In this document: positions 9,338 to 19,561 of the stretch, in pieces
How positions within the stretch are numbered: position 1 is the stretch's first letter
Layout of the letters: the number at the start of each line of letters is the position of its first letter
NCBI GenBank assembly: GCA_021740045.1
Contig: JAIPAP010000006.1
Location: 1-56,777, forward strand
From: Bacteroidales bacterium
GTDB taxonomy: Bacteria; Bacteroidota; Bacteroidia; Bacteroidales; JAIPAP01
Direction: 5' to 3'
DNA: 56,777 nt
The notes under the pieces: generated by a model
Seen by the model: only the letters and a program-made list of their open reading frames with translations
Told to the model about the DNA's origin: nothing
Databases searched by the model: none
Position numbers and translations under genes: made by a program

Positions 9338-10294
9338 ATGAATAACTATACTGAGAACCTGAGAAAGTTAAAATCACTGTTAATAGTCACCTCTCTTCAA
9401 AAACGCCGCGATGTAGAAGCATTTAATAAAATCAAGAAAATAGACATTGAGCTAAAATGGCAACCCTTATCAAATTTGCTGATAGAAAATGATGTTTGGG
9501 ATTATGTCGTGAAGACCAGACAATATGAACCTAAGTATGTGTTTTGCCACCCTGATATTATTATAGCAGATAAATCAACCAGTTTATATTACCGGGGACT
9601 TTGTGGGTTGTCAATGAAAGCAGCAAAAGATTATTTTGGAGCTATTGAAAAAATAGAATCCGGTAATAAGCAGGCCAGGCTAGGCAAAGAGAAAGCACTA
9701 AGAATAGCCCGCATATACAATATGTTTATCTGCTCAATTATCAAAGGGTCATATAAGTGGACACTAGAAAATGGAAAAAGGACCTTAATTGCAACGCTTG
9801 GAATTACCTTGGATGGGATAATGAGGAACCGGGTAGGTGCCTTAGCAGAAGAACGTATAAGAACCATGGTATTTGAATGGTTGATAGAAAAGGGATTAAT
9901 AATGGATGAAATCACTGAGATTGATTCAAATGAATTTGAGCTTAAAGATGATATTATCATGAGGTTTTCATCGGAACCGGACATATATTTTACAAGGAAG
10001 TCCGGTTCAGGTGAAGAATTACTTGCACTTATAGAAATCAAAGGAGGGATTGATCCTGCTGGAGCACTTGAAAGATATGGAGCCGCAACAAAGTCCTTTC
10101 AGCAAGCATTAAAAGAGAATCCCCGGTGCAAGAACTTTTTTCTAACAGCTGTTTTTACCCAAGAGCTCTTAAGCCGAATTAAAGGTGACCGCCTTGTCGA
10201 AAAATACTATGATATCGTCAAGATTCTGGAGGACCCTAAAGTGAAAGATGATTTTTTTGACGAGTTATTTCACTATACGTTGAGATTGATCTAA
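9338..10294 (+). CDS. Type II restriction endonuclease, XcyI-like family
   Basis: FSSEPDI...IEIKGGIDP..ALER.G.A.KS PD-(D/E)xK core resembling the XcyI family; directly follows the MTase. Confidence 0.7.
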   Translation: MNNYTENLRKLKSLLIVTSLQKRRDVEAFNKIKKIDIELKWQPLSNLLIENDVWDYVVKTRQYEPKYVFCHPDIIIADKSTSLYYRGLCGLSMKAAKDYFGAIEKIESGNKQARLGKEKALRIARIYNMFICSIIKGSYKWTLENGKRTLIATLGITLDGIMRNRVGALAEERIRTMVFEWLIEKGLIMDEITEIDSNEFELKDDIIMRFSSEPDIYFTRKSGSGEELLALIEIKGGIDPAGALERYGAATKSFQQALKENPRCKNFFLTAVFTQELLSRIKGDRLVEKYYDIVKILEDPKVKDDFFDELFHYTLRLI

Positions 10295-10566
10295 CGTCCC
10301 TCAACCCTAAAGCAAGAGTATAACATATATAAGCTGATTTAGCGTAATATATCCTTTCTTATTTACATAAGTTCTAAATTGTTACATATCGGCAATAAAC
10401 AGCTTGAATTTCAATAAAAGTATTTTTACTTTTATAAGTTACTAACGATGGCTGTCCATATTCTGCAAATTTAACTGGGAAGGTGTTGATTGAACACAAA
10501 ATATACTAGTTTTCAAAGGGTTAAATCTAACTAATAATCCGAATAATACATAAAACCAATTAAATT

Positions 10567-13500
10567 ATGAGAACCTTTACATTTTCCTTGGCATTATTGC
10601 TCTCCACAGCAATTTCGGTGCACTGTCAAGAAAAAGCACCGGTAAAATCAAATGAATTAAACCCCTCCAGCCAAACACTTGTAGAGGGGGATTCTTCCAG
10701 GCAGCTTCTTTTACAAAAAAACACAAATAGTTGCGCCAATCAAAACACTGACCGCTTCGGGCATTTCGAATATATTTATTGCGGTGGAGCCGAGCCTGTT
10801 TATACCATCTATTTTTGGGGGATAGCTCTTGATAGCCTGGAATTGGGTTACGGCGATGAGGCGGCTATTTTTGACGGCAATAAACAAGTGGGCACCAAAT
10901 ATTTTGATTCTTCGCCGCAACCGGGCTCCTTTGATTGGGATATGATAGCTTGTTCACAACTTCAAAATGAGCCCGGTTATACTCCCGGCAATCCTTTCAC
11001 CCTTAAATGTTGGGCTGATGATGAGCAAATCGAATCGGAGAACTATGTGCTTACCTTCCATGATCCATACGGAGATGCCTGGACGGAGCCGGTTTTCCCT
11101 GAGGGCGACGGAGTTTATAGCATAATTACCGTTGAATGGACATCTTTAGTTACGGTTAACGGCATCATTTACGCGGCCGATAACGAGGAACCGCTTTCGA
11201 ATGTGGATGTTACCATTACGGGAACTTCTTTCTCAGCGATTACCGATGAAGATGGTTATTATGAAATCGATAGCATACCGGCAGGGGTTTATGATATGGT
11301 AGCATCTGCCCAGGGTTTTCAAACGGAGACCCAATCGGATGTTGAACTTGAAGAAGGACAGCAGGTCACTGTGGATTTCTTTTTGGAAGCCAGTGAGGTT
11401 GCTCCTTTCCTTATCGATGCTCAACCAGGACCTGGTTACATAGTCCTCACCTGGGAAGGGATAAACAGCAATAGTGAGCGAACCGGGCACTTCGATTTTT
11501 ATCAATGTGATACCGGCCCCAGTTGGACACAATTCATTCAGCAAGCTCAAATTAATAATGAAGATATGGTTGCCGGTGATGAGGTAGCAGTCTATGATGG
11601 AGATCTGTTGGTAGGGGCATTTACATTGTCCCAGGTTTGCTCACCCGAAAATGTCTTTGAAAATGATTTTCCGGCATGCTCGGATGTTGGCAATGGTGAT
11701 GGGTATACCGTTGGAAATCCGGTATCCTATGTGGCCTGGGATGAGAGTACAGGTATCGAGATCAGTGATTGTACCTTTGAGTTTTTAGATCCCTATGGCG
11801 ATGCCTGGACAGAGCCTACCTTCCCGCCCGGTGAATCGCCATACAGTATAATGACGTTTCAGTTTTACAGCGATTATGAACCATCGTATAACATTTACCG
11901 CGACGATGAGCTGATCGGAGAGGGCTTTGCCGGTAATCATTATACGGATTTCGACGCCAATCAGGGTACCGAATATTGTTATTGTGTCACCCAGATCATG
12001 CCTGACGGGGATGAATCCGATCCGTCCAATATCCGTTGTGCAAGTCCCACGGGTGTATTCAATGCTCCCTTGCTGAGAAAAGCTGAACCGGGGGTGGAAA
12101 GTGTTGAGTTAAGCTGGGAGCCTATTGGTTCAGCCTTCTATGGAGATTACTTCCAATTTCAAGGTGTTGGAGGGCCGGTATGGACAAATTATATCAGCAT
12201 GGCCACTGTGAATAATCAAGACATGCTCCCCGAGGATGAAATTGCCATTTTTGATGGGGATGTGATTTGTGCTGCCTATATCTTAGAGCGTATTTGTACA
12301 CCTGATAACATGTATGAGAATGACCTCCATGCATTTATGATGGGTCCGGGCGGAGACACCTTATATCATCCCGGAAATCCGGTAATTTACAAAGCATGGG
12401 ATAAAAGTGAGGGAACCGAAATTGAGGATTTCGAGGTAAATTACCTCGACCCTAACGGAGATGCCTGGACGGAACCTTTCTTCCCGGAAGGCGACGGCGA
12501 ATATTCCATTATTGAACTGAACTTTTCATTTGATCCATGGAGTTTTAATGTTTATGAACAAAGCGGAAACCTCCTGGAAGAAAACGTCATTGGCCATAGT
12601 TACACCGTCGAGGATGTAACTCCAGGCAGCGATGAGTGTTATTACATTACCCAAATTCTCGAAAACGGAGAGGAATCCGATCCTTCCAATATGCTTTGTG
12701 AAGTTGCCCTCCCAAAGCAACATTATGAATTGGCAGAAGGGTATCAATTTATTTCCAGCCGCTACATTCCTGACGACCCTGATATGTTGGATGTTTTGGA
12801 AGATATCCTGGATGAACACCTTGATTTTGTGCGTAACAGTAACGGTAACATGGTTCAGAAAGTTGGCCCCGAGTGGATTAACGGCATAGGCGACTGGATT
12901 ACCGAAGAAGGATATCTGGTCAAAATGAACCTGCCCAATGACTTAAGCATAGAAGGACAGGTGATGAACCCATTTAAGACCATAACGCTTGATCCGGGTT
13001 ATGAATTCATAAGTTATTTGCCCGATAGTGCAGTAAACGCTCTTACGGCTTTTGAAAACATACTTGATGAACAACTTGACTTTATCAGGAACAGCAATGG
13101 CGAAATGCTGCAAAAAATCGGAGATGATTGGATTAACAATATTGGAGATGCAGCACCCGGTGAAGGGTATCTTGTTAGGATGGAACAGGCGCATCAGTTA
13201 GTTTATTCCGGCAATGGCATTTGTCCCGATGTTTTCACCTTCCCTGAACAAGGTGTAACCTATGAAGCCGAAGTTATTAATGGCCAATGCTGGATAGCTG
13301 AAAACGCCAATTCCGGTGAATTCCTTTCATCGGGTGAACCGATGACCGATAATGATACCATTGAAAAGTATTGCCTGAAAGGCCTGCCCTATAATTGTGA
13401 TAAATACGGTGGCTTGTATACGTGGGATGAGGCTATGCAATACAATGCCGATACTATCAATTATGGTATTTGTCCGGAGGGCTGGTATGTTGCAACCGAT

Positions 13501-14487
13501 CATGAGTGGAAAGTGCTGGAAGGAAGCGTTGATAGCCAATATGGAGTTGGTGATCCGCAGTGGGAAAACATTGGCTCCCGAGGTTATGATGCCGGCTTTA
13601 TGTTGAAAGAAGAAGTTGGATGGTATAGTAATGGAAATGGCAAAAATTTGTATGACTTTGCTATGCGCCCCGCCAGTTGGACTTTATCTCCAGATTGGGT
13701 AGGTATGAGTACATGGTTTTGGAATGCCAATGAAACAAATGATCAGGAAGCATGGTACAGATATGCTACATATGATGAACCTGGAGTGAGCCGAAATCCC
13801 GATGGAGATAAAACCATTGGATTAAGTGTTCGATGTGTTCACAGGGACGTGCCTGCCAACAATACTTTACATCAGTCTAAACAGAAACCTGAAGAATCAT
13901 TTTTACAGGGCGGTAATCCCGCCGATGCGGTGTTTATGATCTATCTTCAGCCGGCTGTCGGAATCCATAAAGGAGACCGAATTGCAGCCTTCGATGGAGA
14001 TAAAATGGTTGGATTAGCTACCATCCAATCAAACGATTGGCGTGAGAATCAGTTACCTGTTTTTAGCACATTGGCTAAAGGCGCAGGTTATAAGCCCGGG
14101 AATTCAATACAGTTAAAGCGGGTAACTGAAGAAGGCCTTGATGAAATGGAATTTGACCTTGTGGCCTATTATGATGCCTATACCAGCAGGACATTTCCTG
14201 AAGGTGATGGTTTATATGGCATTGCTAAGGTTTCAACAGGATTGGAAAACAATGAGGCTTATATTTCTATTTATCCAAATCCGGCCAATAACAAAGTGAA
14301 TATTAAAGCAAGCTCCGATATAAGAAGTATAGAGATTTATCAGCAGGATGGAAAACTGCTCAGGGTCATTAATAACATTGCCCAAACAGCATTTATTATT
14401 GATCTCTCCCGCTTTGACCCGGGGACATACATCCTTGAGATCAGGACCAATAACAAATTTAACCGGGAGAAACTGGTCGTCCGGTAA
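10567..14487 (+). CDS. Large secreted modular protein: repeated unnamed domain X, carboxypeptidase-regulatory-like, Fn3-like, tandem domain Y, FISUMP domain, T9SS type A CTD
   Basis: Signal peptide; GQCWIAEN...YGGLYTW...GICPEGW...SVRCV (FISUMP); C-terminal IYPNPA...GTYILEI...KLVVR. Confidence 0.85.
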   Translation: MRTFTFSLALLLSTAISVHCQEKAPVKSNELNPSSQTLVEGDSSRQLLLQKNTNSCANQNTDRFGHFEYIYCGGAEPVYTIYFWGIALDSLELGYGDEAAIFDGNKQVGTKYFDSSPQPGSFDWDMIACSQLQNEPGYTPGNPFTLKCWADDEQIESENYVLTFHDPYGDAWTEPVFPEGDGVYSIITVEWTSLVTVNGIIYAADNEEPLSNVDVTITGTSFSAITDEDGYYEIDSIPAGVYDMVASAQGFQTETQSDVELEEGQQVTVDFFLEASEVAPFLIDAQPGPGYIVLTWEGINSNSERTGHFDFYQCDTGPSWTQFIQQAQINNEDMVAGDEVAVYDGDLLVGAFTLSQVCSPENVFENDFPACSDVGNGDGYTVGNPVSYVAWDESTGIEISDCTFEFLDPYGDAWTEPTFPPGESPYSIMTFQFYSDYEPSYNIYRDDELIGEGFAGNHYTDFDANQGTEYCYCVTQIMPDGDESDPSNIRCASPTGVFNAPLLRKAEPGVESVELSWEPIGSAFYGDYFQFQGVGGPVWTNYISMATVNNQDMLPEDEIAIFDGDVICAAYILERICTPDNMYENDLHAFMMGPGGDTLYHPGNPVIYKAWDKSEGTEIEDFEVNYLDPNGDAWTEPFFPEGDGEYSIIELNFSFDPWSFNVYEQSGNLLEENVIGHSYTVEDVTPGSDECYYITQILENGEESDPSNMLCEVALPKQHYELAEGYQFISSRYIPDDPDMLDVLEDILDEHLDFVRNSNGNMVQKVGPEWINGIGDWITEEGYLVKMNLPNDLSIEGQVMNPFKTITLDPGYEFISYLPDSAVNALTAFENILDEQLDFIRNSNGEMLQKIGDDWINNIGDAAPGEGYLVRMEQAHQLVYSGNGICPDVFTFPEQGVTYEAEVINGQCWIAENANSGEFLSSGEPMTDNDTIEKYCLKGLPYNCDKYGGLYTWDEAMQYNADTINYGICPEGWYVATDHEWKVLEGSVDSQYGVGDPQWENIGSRGYDAGFMLKEEVGWYSNGNGKNLYDFAMRPASWTLSPDWVGMSTWFWNANETNDQEAWYRYATYDEPGVSRNPDGDKTIGLSVRCVHRDVPANNTLHQSKQKPEESFLQGGNPADAVFMIYLQPAVGIHKGDRIAAFDGDKMVGLATIQSNDWRENQLPVFSTLAKGAGYKPGNSIQLKRVTEEGLDEMEFDLVAYYDAYTSRTFPEGDGLYGIAKVSTGLENNEAYISIYPNPANNKVNIKASSDIRSIEIYQQDGKLLRVINNIAQTAFIIDLSRFDPGTYILEIRTNNKFNREKLVVR

Positions 14488-14513
14488 AACACGGGATGAG
14501 TATTTGAGGGAAT

Positions 14514-14548
14514 GCAGGCTGCCTTTTTATAAGGTAGCCTGTTTTTTT
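14514..14548 (+). terminator. Intrinsic terminator
   Basis: CAGGCTGCCTT-loop-AAGGTAGCCTG followed by T7. Confidence 0.8.
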
Positions 14549-14859
14549 GTAAAAGTGATAACTATCAAGTGTTATATAACTGGAAAATCTAAATTTAAGG
14601 GTCGATATAAATAACTCATCAAAATTTACGCCGTATTAAAAATTGACAAAGCAAGTAAAAATGATTTAAAATATCATATGGTAAATGCATTCATATTTTA
14701 ATAATAATAACAACCATACTGTGATTTTATAGTATAATTCTCATTTAATGTCAGCGTAATACACTACATCAAATATGCTAATTCCACTAAAAATATATAC
14801 CAATACAATTCCTAATTTAGAAAAATCAACATATTAAAACAATGACATATAAAAGATGT

Positions 14860-14867
14860 TAAATTTG
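14860..14867 (+). promoter_or_regulatory. -7 promoter element for the 14904-20974 operon
   Basis: TAAATTTG matches TAnnTTTG. Confidence 0.55.
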
Positions 14868-14903
14868 TTATTATTGAATATTGAATAATAAAAACCTCAA
14901 ACT

Positions 14904-16565
14904 ATGAAAAAATTTACTAAATCAACAGTGTTTTTAGTGTTGTTGTTTATCAGCAATTTTCTTATTGCACAAACGGTACCAAATCTAATTGACTACCAGG
15001 GTAAACTCTCTGATAGTGACGGAAACCCTTTAGATGAACAAGTTTCGATCACTTTTTCAATATATCCGGTTTCCAGTGGCGGCAGTGCTTTATGGAGCGA
15101 AACCCAGGAACAGGTCTATGTATCGGAAGGTGTTTTTCATGTTTTGCTTGGATCGCAAAACCCGTTCCCTGCTGATTTGTTTGACCAATCTTCGCTTTGG
15201 CTCGGGATTAATGTAAATAATGATGGTGAGATGACTCCCCGCAGCCGCATTGCCAGTGTGCCATTTGCCATGAAGTCGGCATCTTCGGTACCTGATGAGG
15301 ACTGGAGCATTGAGGGTGATTATATGTACTCGGCCGATAAACTGGTGGGTATAGGTACTTCTTCGCCTGCTACCAAGCTTGAAGTATCGAAAAGCGGCGA
15401 AAATTTTATGCGGATCACCTCAACCAGTAATGAACGGGCAGGTCTTGAGCTTATCCGTCCAGGAGCTGCCAATTATCGTGATTGGCGGATCTTTAATGAC
15501 GGCGGTAACCTTTATTTTAATGTTGATAATGATGAATTTATCGAAGATGATGGCACTAACTTGCTTTATATGGATTACCTGAGCCATCAGATAGGAGTGG
15601 GAACACAAGACCCTACTGCTAAATTTGAAGTTGATGGTGGAATAAAAGCTACATCCTTCACCGGCGATGCTTCAGGCTTAACCAATCTCCCCTGGCAGCT
15701 CAATGGAGATAATGTATATCGGGAAGAAGGATTTGTTGGAATCGGTACCAATGATCCCGATACCCACTTGGATATAATAAGCTCCAACTCCTCTACTTGG
15801 ATTAAGTTAGACGCTGCTAATGATGCTGGCTCGGGGATCGTATTTGCTCAAGCCGGACTTCAGTGGTGGAAATTAAAAAATTATACCGTAGGTCAGGCTA
15901 ACCGTATGCAGTTTGAAATAGCAGGTATGCCGGTTGTCGATATCGGTATTATTGAAAGCGTTGGAATGAATTTATACAAATTAGACGGTGCTAAAACCAT
16001 ATCCCTGCAAACTACCGAAAACAATCAGGATGGTTCTTCCATAAAATTATATAAATCCAATGGCGATTTGTCTCTCGAATTAGATGCCGAATATGGCGGA
16101 GTAGGGGGCGATTCACGGATAATAACCGATGTTCTTAAAATAACCGGCGGCAGCGACCTGGCCGAACCCTTTAACACAAAAGATGAAAACATTGAAAAAG
16201 GCATGGTATTATCTATTGATCCTGAAAGCCCCGGACAGCTTATGCTTTCCGATAAATCCTATGATAAATGCGTGGCAGGTATTGCCAGCGGAGCCGGCGG
16301 CATTAATGCAGGAATGATCATGGGACAGAAAGAGTCCATTGCCAACGGGGATGTTCCTGTAGCCCTTACCGGGAGGGTTTATTGTTGGGTTGATGCTACG
16401 GAAAATCCCGTAAATCCAGGTGATTTGTTAACTACTTCCGATACTCCGGGCCATGCAATGAAAGTAAATGATCATACCAAAGCTCATGGAGCCATTATCG
16501 GTAAGGCAATGACTTCATTGGACAAAGGAACTGGTCTGGTGCTGGTATTGGTTGCTCTTCAATAA
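14904..16565 (+). CDS. Secreted fibre-like protein with GIGTxxP repeats and a C-terminal intramolecular-chaperone-like (peptidase G2-like) domain
   Basis: Signal peptide; VPNLIDYQGKL N-domain; three VG(I/V)GTxxP repeats; ITGGSDLAEPF...VALTGRV...PGDLLTTS...GAIIGKAM. Confidence 0.65.
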   Translation: MKKFTKSTVFLVLLFISNFLIAQTVPNLIDYQGKLSDSDGNPLDEQVSITFSIYPVSSGGSALWSETQEQVYVSEGVFHVLLGSQNPFPADLFDQSSLWLGINVNNDGEMTPRSRIASVPFAMKSASSVPDEDWSIEGDYMYSADKLVGIGTSSPATKLEVSKSGENFMRITSTSNERAGLELIRPGAANYRDWRIFNDGGNLYFNVDNDEFIEDDGTNLLYMDYLSHQIGVGTQDPTAKFEVDGGIKATSFTGDASGLTNLPWQLNGDNVYREEGFVGIGTNDPDTHLDIISSNSSTWIKLDAANDAGSGIVFAQAGLQWWKLKNYTVGQANRMQFEIAGMPVVDIGIIESVGMNLYKLDGAKTISLQTTENNQDGSSIKLYKSNGDLSLELDAEYGGVGGDSRIITDVLKITGGSDLAEPFNTKDENIEKGMVLSIDPESPGQLMLSDKSYDKCVAGIASGAGGINAGMIMGQKESIANGDVPVALTGRVYCWVDATENPVNPGDLLTTSDTPGHAMKVNDHTKAHGAIIGKAMTSLDKGTGLVLVLVALQ

Positions 16566-16575
16566 ACAGGAGGTT

Positions 16576-19512
16576 ATGATGAATAAAAGTAAATTTCAAA
16601 AATATTTCTTTAGCTTATTATCCTTTTTGTTTCTGATAAGCATCGCGATTGTTGCTCAGGAAAGCACAACCGAAAGCTCACCTATATTGGAAAAAGATGG
16701 GCAACCGGTGGATGGCAAGGTGGCCTTCAAGTTTGCCATTGTCAGTAATTCAACCACGTTATGGTCGAATGATGGTAGCAGTGTTAATGGTAATGAGCCG
16801 GAAAAATCCCTGAAAATATCGATTGAAAAAGGAAAATACGATATAGAGCTCGGCATACCACCAATGAAACCGCTCTACTATGATCTTGTAGCGAAATACC
16901 CCAATCCGGTTTTGAAAACATGGATTGATATGGGAGAGGGCTTTATAGCCTGTCCTGATCGGAAAGTTTCTTTATCAGAGATAAGTGAATTGGATGAAAC
17001 CAAATATCCAGCTGTTCGAAATGGTGAAGAGAAAAATAATAGCGATATGGCTTATCACGCTCCTCCGCTTATTCGTGATCCGGAGATGATCAAGGCGAAA
17101 ATTGAGAAGAAAAAACATAAAGAAAAGAATAAAAGCTATCCCAAAAGCCCGGCAGACCGGTTTAAGTACCGCTATCTGCAGCGGGCCGGCGAAGATGGAA
17201 AGATACCACGCGGAGCGCTTTTAAAAGCCAAAAAACACATTGACGAAATGTGGGACAACAGGCAGCGTGATGCCGGTCTTTGGGATTGGGAATGGTTAGG
17301 ACCGGGTAATATCGGGGGAAGGATCAGAGCCATAATGATCCATCCCGATAATCCGGATAAGATGTGGATCGGTGGCGCTTCAGGAGGGATATGGAAAACC
17401 GCAAATGGAGGCAGTTATTGGCAGCCGGTGAATGATTTTCTTCCCAGCTTGAACATCACGTCCTTTGCAATGGATCCCAATGATTATGATGTAATGTACG
17501 CCTCCACGGGAGAAGGTTTTGGTAACTCATGGCCGGATGTGCCCGGGGCCGGTATTTTTAAAAGCACTAATGGAGGCCTTTCCTGGTATCAATTACCCGA
17601 AACCAATGTGGATTCATTCAATTGGGTGACCCGTTTGGCCCATCATCCTGAAAATTCCGATATTGTATATGCTACAGGTCGTGTTGGCAGCCCAGGTAAT
17701 TGGGATGGAAAAGTATATAAAACCACCGATGGGGGTGATACCTGGAATACCATTTTGAACACCCCTTCTTTTGCCACTGATGTTAAACTAAAACCCGCCG
17801 ATCCTTCAATAGTTTTTGTGGGAACCACAAATGGATTGTGGATTTCCAATAACAGTGGACAGGATTGGGACGAAGTAACAACCGGTGGTGTTGATAAATT
17901 ACCGGCAAATTCCGGACGTTGCGAAATTGGTGTATGCGAAAGTTATGCCAGTAGAGTTTATGCTTCTTTGGAAAGAAACGGAGGCGAAATATGGCGCTCG
18001 AATGATTCAGGTGATGAATGGGACCTTAGAAACTCCGGAACCAACTACATGGTAGGTTCTTCCAACCAGGGATGGTACGATAATGCCATCTGGGTAAGCC
18101 CTGTAAACAGTAGCCTTGTTGTTGTGGGGGGAATCGATCTATACAGAAGCACCGATGGTGGAAGCAATTTAACCAAGATCAGCGATTGGAGAGACTATCA
18201 CAATGGAGGTGCTTCTAATTCAGCTCATGCCGACCATCATATAATTTTGGAGCATCCCGATTATGACGGAGATTTTAATAATACCGTGTATTTTGGAAAT
18301 GATGGCGGTATTCAAATGGCCAGTAATGTTGGTACCGTATCCCAAAATTCGGGTTGGACCAACCTGGCCAATAACTTGGGTATTACCCAATTCTATGCCG
18401 GTGGAGCGTCTCCTGACGGTGGTATTATTGTGGGTGGCGCCCAGGATAACAGCTATATGATCTATACCTCCGGCGGTGGCACGGGAAATTGGGTGCAACC
18501 TAATACAGGAGATGGTGGCTATAGTTCGGTCAATTATAACAATACCGATATAATGTTTTCATCAACCCAAAGGCTTGATGTTAAAAAAAGCACCGATGGG
18601 GGTGCCAATTGGTCGGCCTCGAATAATGGATTATTGGATACGGATAATTGTGCTGCCTTTATAGCTCCCGTTTCAATGGACCCTAACGATCCCACCACTT
18701 TAGTTGGCGGAGGATGTAGCATTTGGCGCACCACCAATTCTGCCACAAATTGGAGTTCTATAAGAGGATCGTTAGGAGGAAATATTGTTTGTACGGCAGT
18801 CGATATTGCCGACGGCAATTCCTCAAAGATATGGATCGGATATTCCAATGGCCATTTGGCTTATTCTGATGATGCCGGTAGCAGTTGGACCCGTGTTGAT
18901 AATAACGGCGACGATCCATTACCTAATCGTTGGATTACAGATATAGCCATTAACGCCAATAATCATGATGAGCTCTTTGTAACCTTTGCCGGATACAATG
19001 ATGATAATGTATGGCTCACTAATGATGGAGGCGATAGCTGGCTTCAATCAACCGGAGAGCCTCCGCATGATCTTCCGGAATTACAGGTTAACACAGTTCG
19101 CTATCATCCGGCAAATAGTAACTGGATTTACATAGGAACCGATCTGGGAATATTTGCCTCGGAGAACAAAGGTTATACATGGAGTACTACTCCCCGGTAT
19201 GAGGATAATGAAGGACCGGTTAATGTAGAGGTAGATGAACTCTTTTGGGCCGGGGATGAATTGATTGCCGCAACTTACGGAAGGGGAATGTTTAAAAGCA
19301 GGCCTTTGGATTATATTTATGTCGATAAGGATGCTCCTCCCGGAGGCGATGGTAGTTGGGGAAATCCCTACGATAATGTTACCGATGCAGCAAATGCTGC
19401 CGGTCATGGATCAAATATCTATATTTATGATGGTACCTATTCCGAATCACCGTTGATCTTTTACAAGAGAGGTCTGATTAATGTAGTTAATGGTGCGGTG
19501 GTTATCGAATAG
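16576..19512 (+). CDS. Secreted BNR/Asp-box beta-propeller protein (VPS10/glycosyl-hydrolase-like)
   Basis: LGPGNIGGRIRA, many (S/T)xDGGxxW Asp-boxes, HADHH, AATYGRGMF. Start taken at ATG 16576 after AGGAGG. Confidence 0.8.
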   Translation: MMNKSKFQKYFFSLLSFLFLISIAIVAQESTTESSPILEKDGQPVDGKVAFKFAIVSNSTTLWSNDGSSVNGNEPEKSLKISIEKGKYDIELGIPPMKPLYYDLVAKYPNPVLKTWIDMGEGFIACPDRKVSLSEISELDETKYPAVRNGEEKNNSDMAYHAPPLIRDPEMIKAKIEKKKHKEKNKSYPKSPADRFKYRYLQRAGEDGKIPRGALLKAKKHIDEMWDNRQRDAGLWDWEWLGPGNIGGRIRAIMIHPDNPDKMWIGGASGGIWKTANGGSYWQPVNDFLPSLNITSFAMDPNDYDVMYASTGEGFGNSWPDVPGAGIFKSTNGGLSWYQLPETNVDSFNWVTRLAHHPENSDIVYATGRVGSPGNWDGKVYKTTDGGDTWNTILNTPSFATDVKLKPADPSIVFVGTTNGLWISNNSGQDWDEVTTGGVDKLPANSGRCEIGVCESYASRVYASLERNGGEIWRSNDSGDEWDLRNSGTNYMVGSSNQGWYDNAIWVSPVNSSLVVVGGIDLYRSTDGGSNLTKISDWRDYHNGGASNSAHADHHIILEHPDYDGDFNNTVYFGNDGGIQMASNVGTVSQNSGWTNLANNLGITQFYAGGASPDGGIIVGGAQDNSYMIYTSGGGTGNWVQPNTGDGGYSSVNYNNTDIMFSSTQRLDVKKSTDGGANWSASNNGLLDTDNCAAFIAPVSMDPNDPTTLVGGGCSIWRTTNSATNWSSIRGSLGGNIVCTAVDIADGNSSKIWIGYSNGHLAYSDDAGSSWTRVDNNGDDPLPNRWITDIAINANNHDELFVTFAGYNDDNVWLTNDGGDSWLQSTGEPPHDLPELQVNTVRYHPANSNWIYIGTDLGIFASENKGYTWSTTPRYEDNEGPVNVEVDELFWAGDELIAATYGRGMFKSRPLDYIYVDKDAPPGGDGSWGNPYDNVTDAANAAGHGSNIYIYDGTYSESPLIFYKRGLINVVNGAVVIE

Positions 19513-19561
19513 GATTTCCGCTCAATATCAAGAGCGTGTAAGAATTAAAAATGCAAAGTAA

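Noticed and set aside
14904-16565. Prophage tail fibre
   Set aside because: It has a Sec signal peptide and no phage structural, packaging or lysis genes are nearby.
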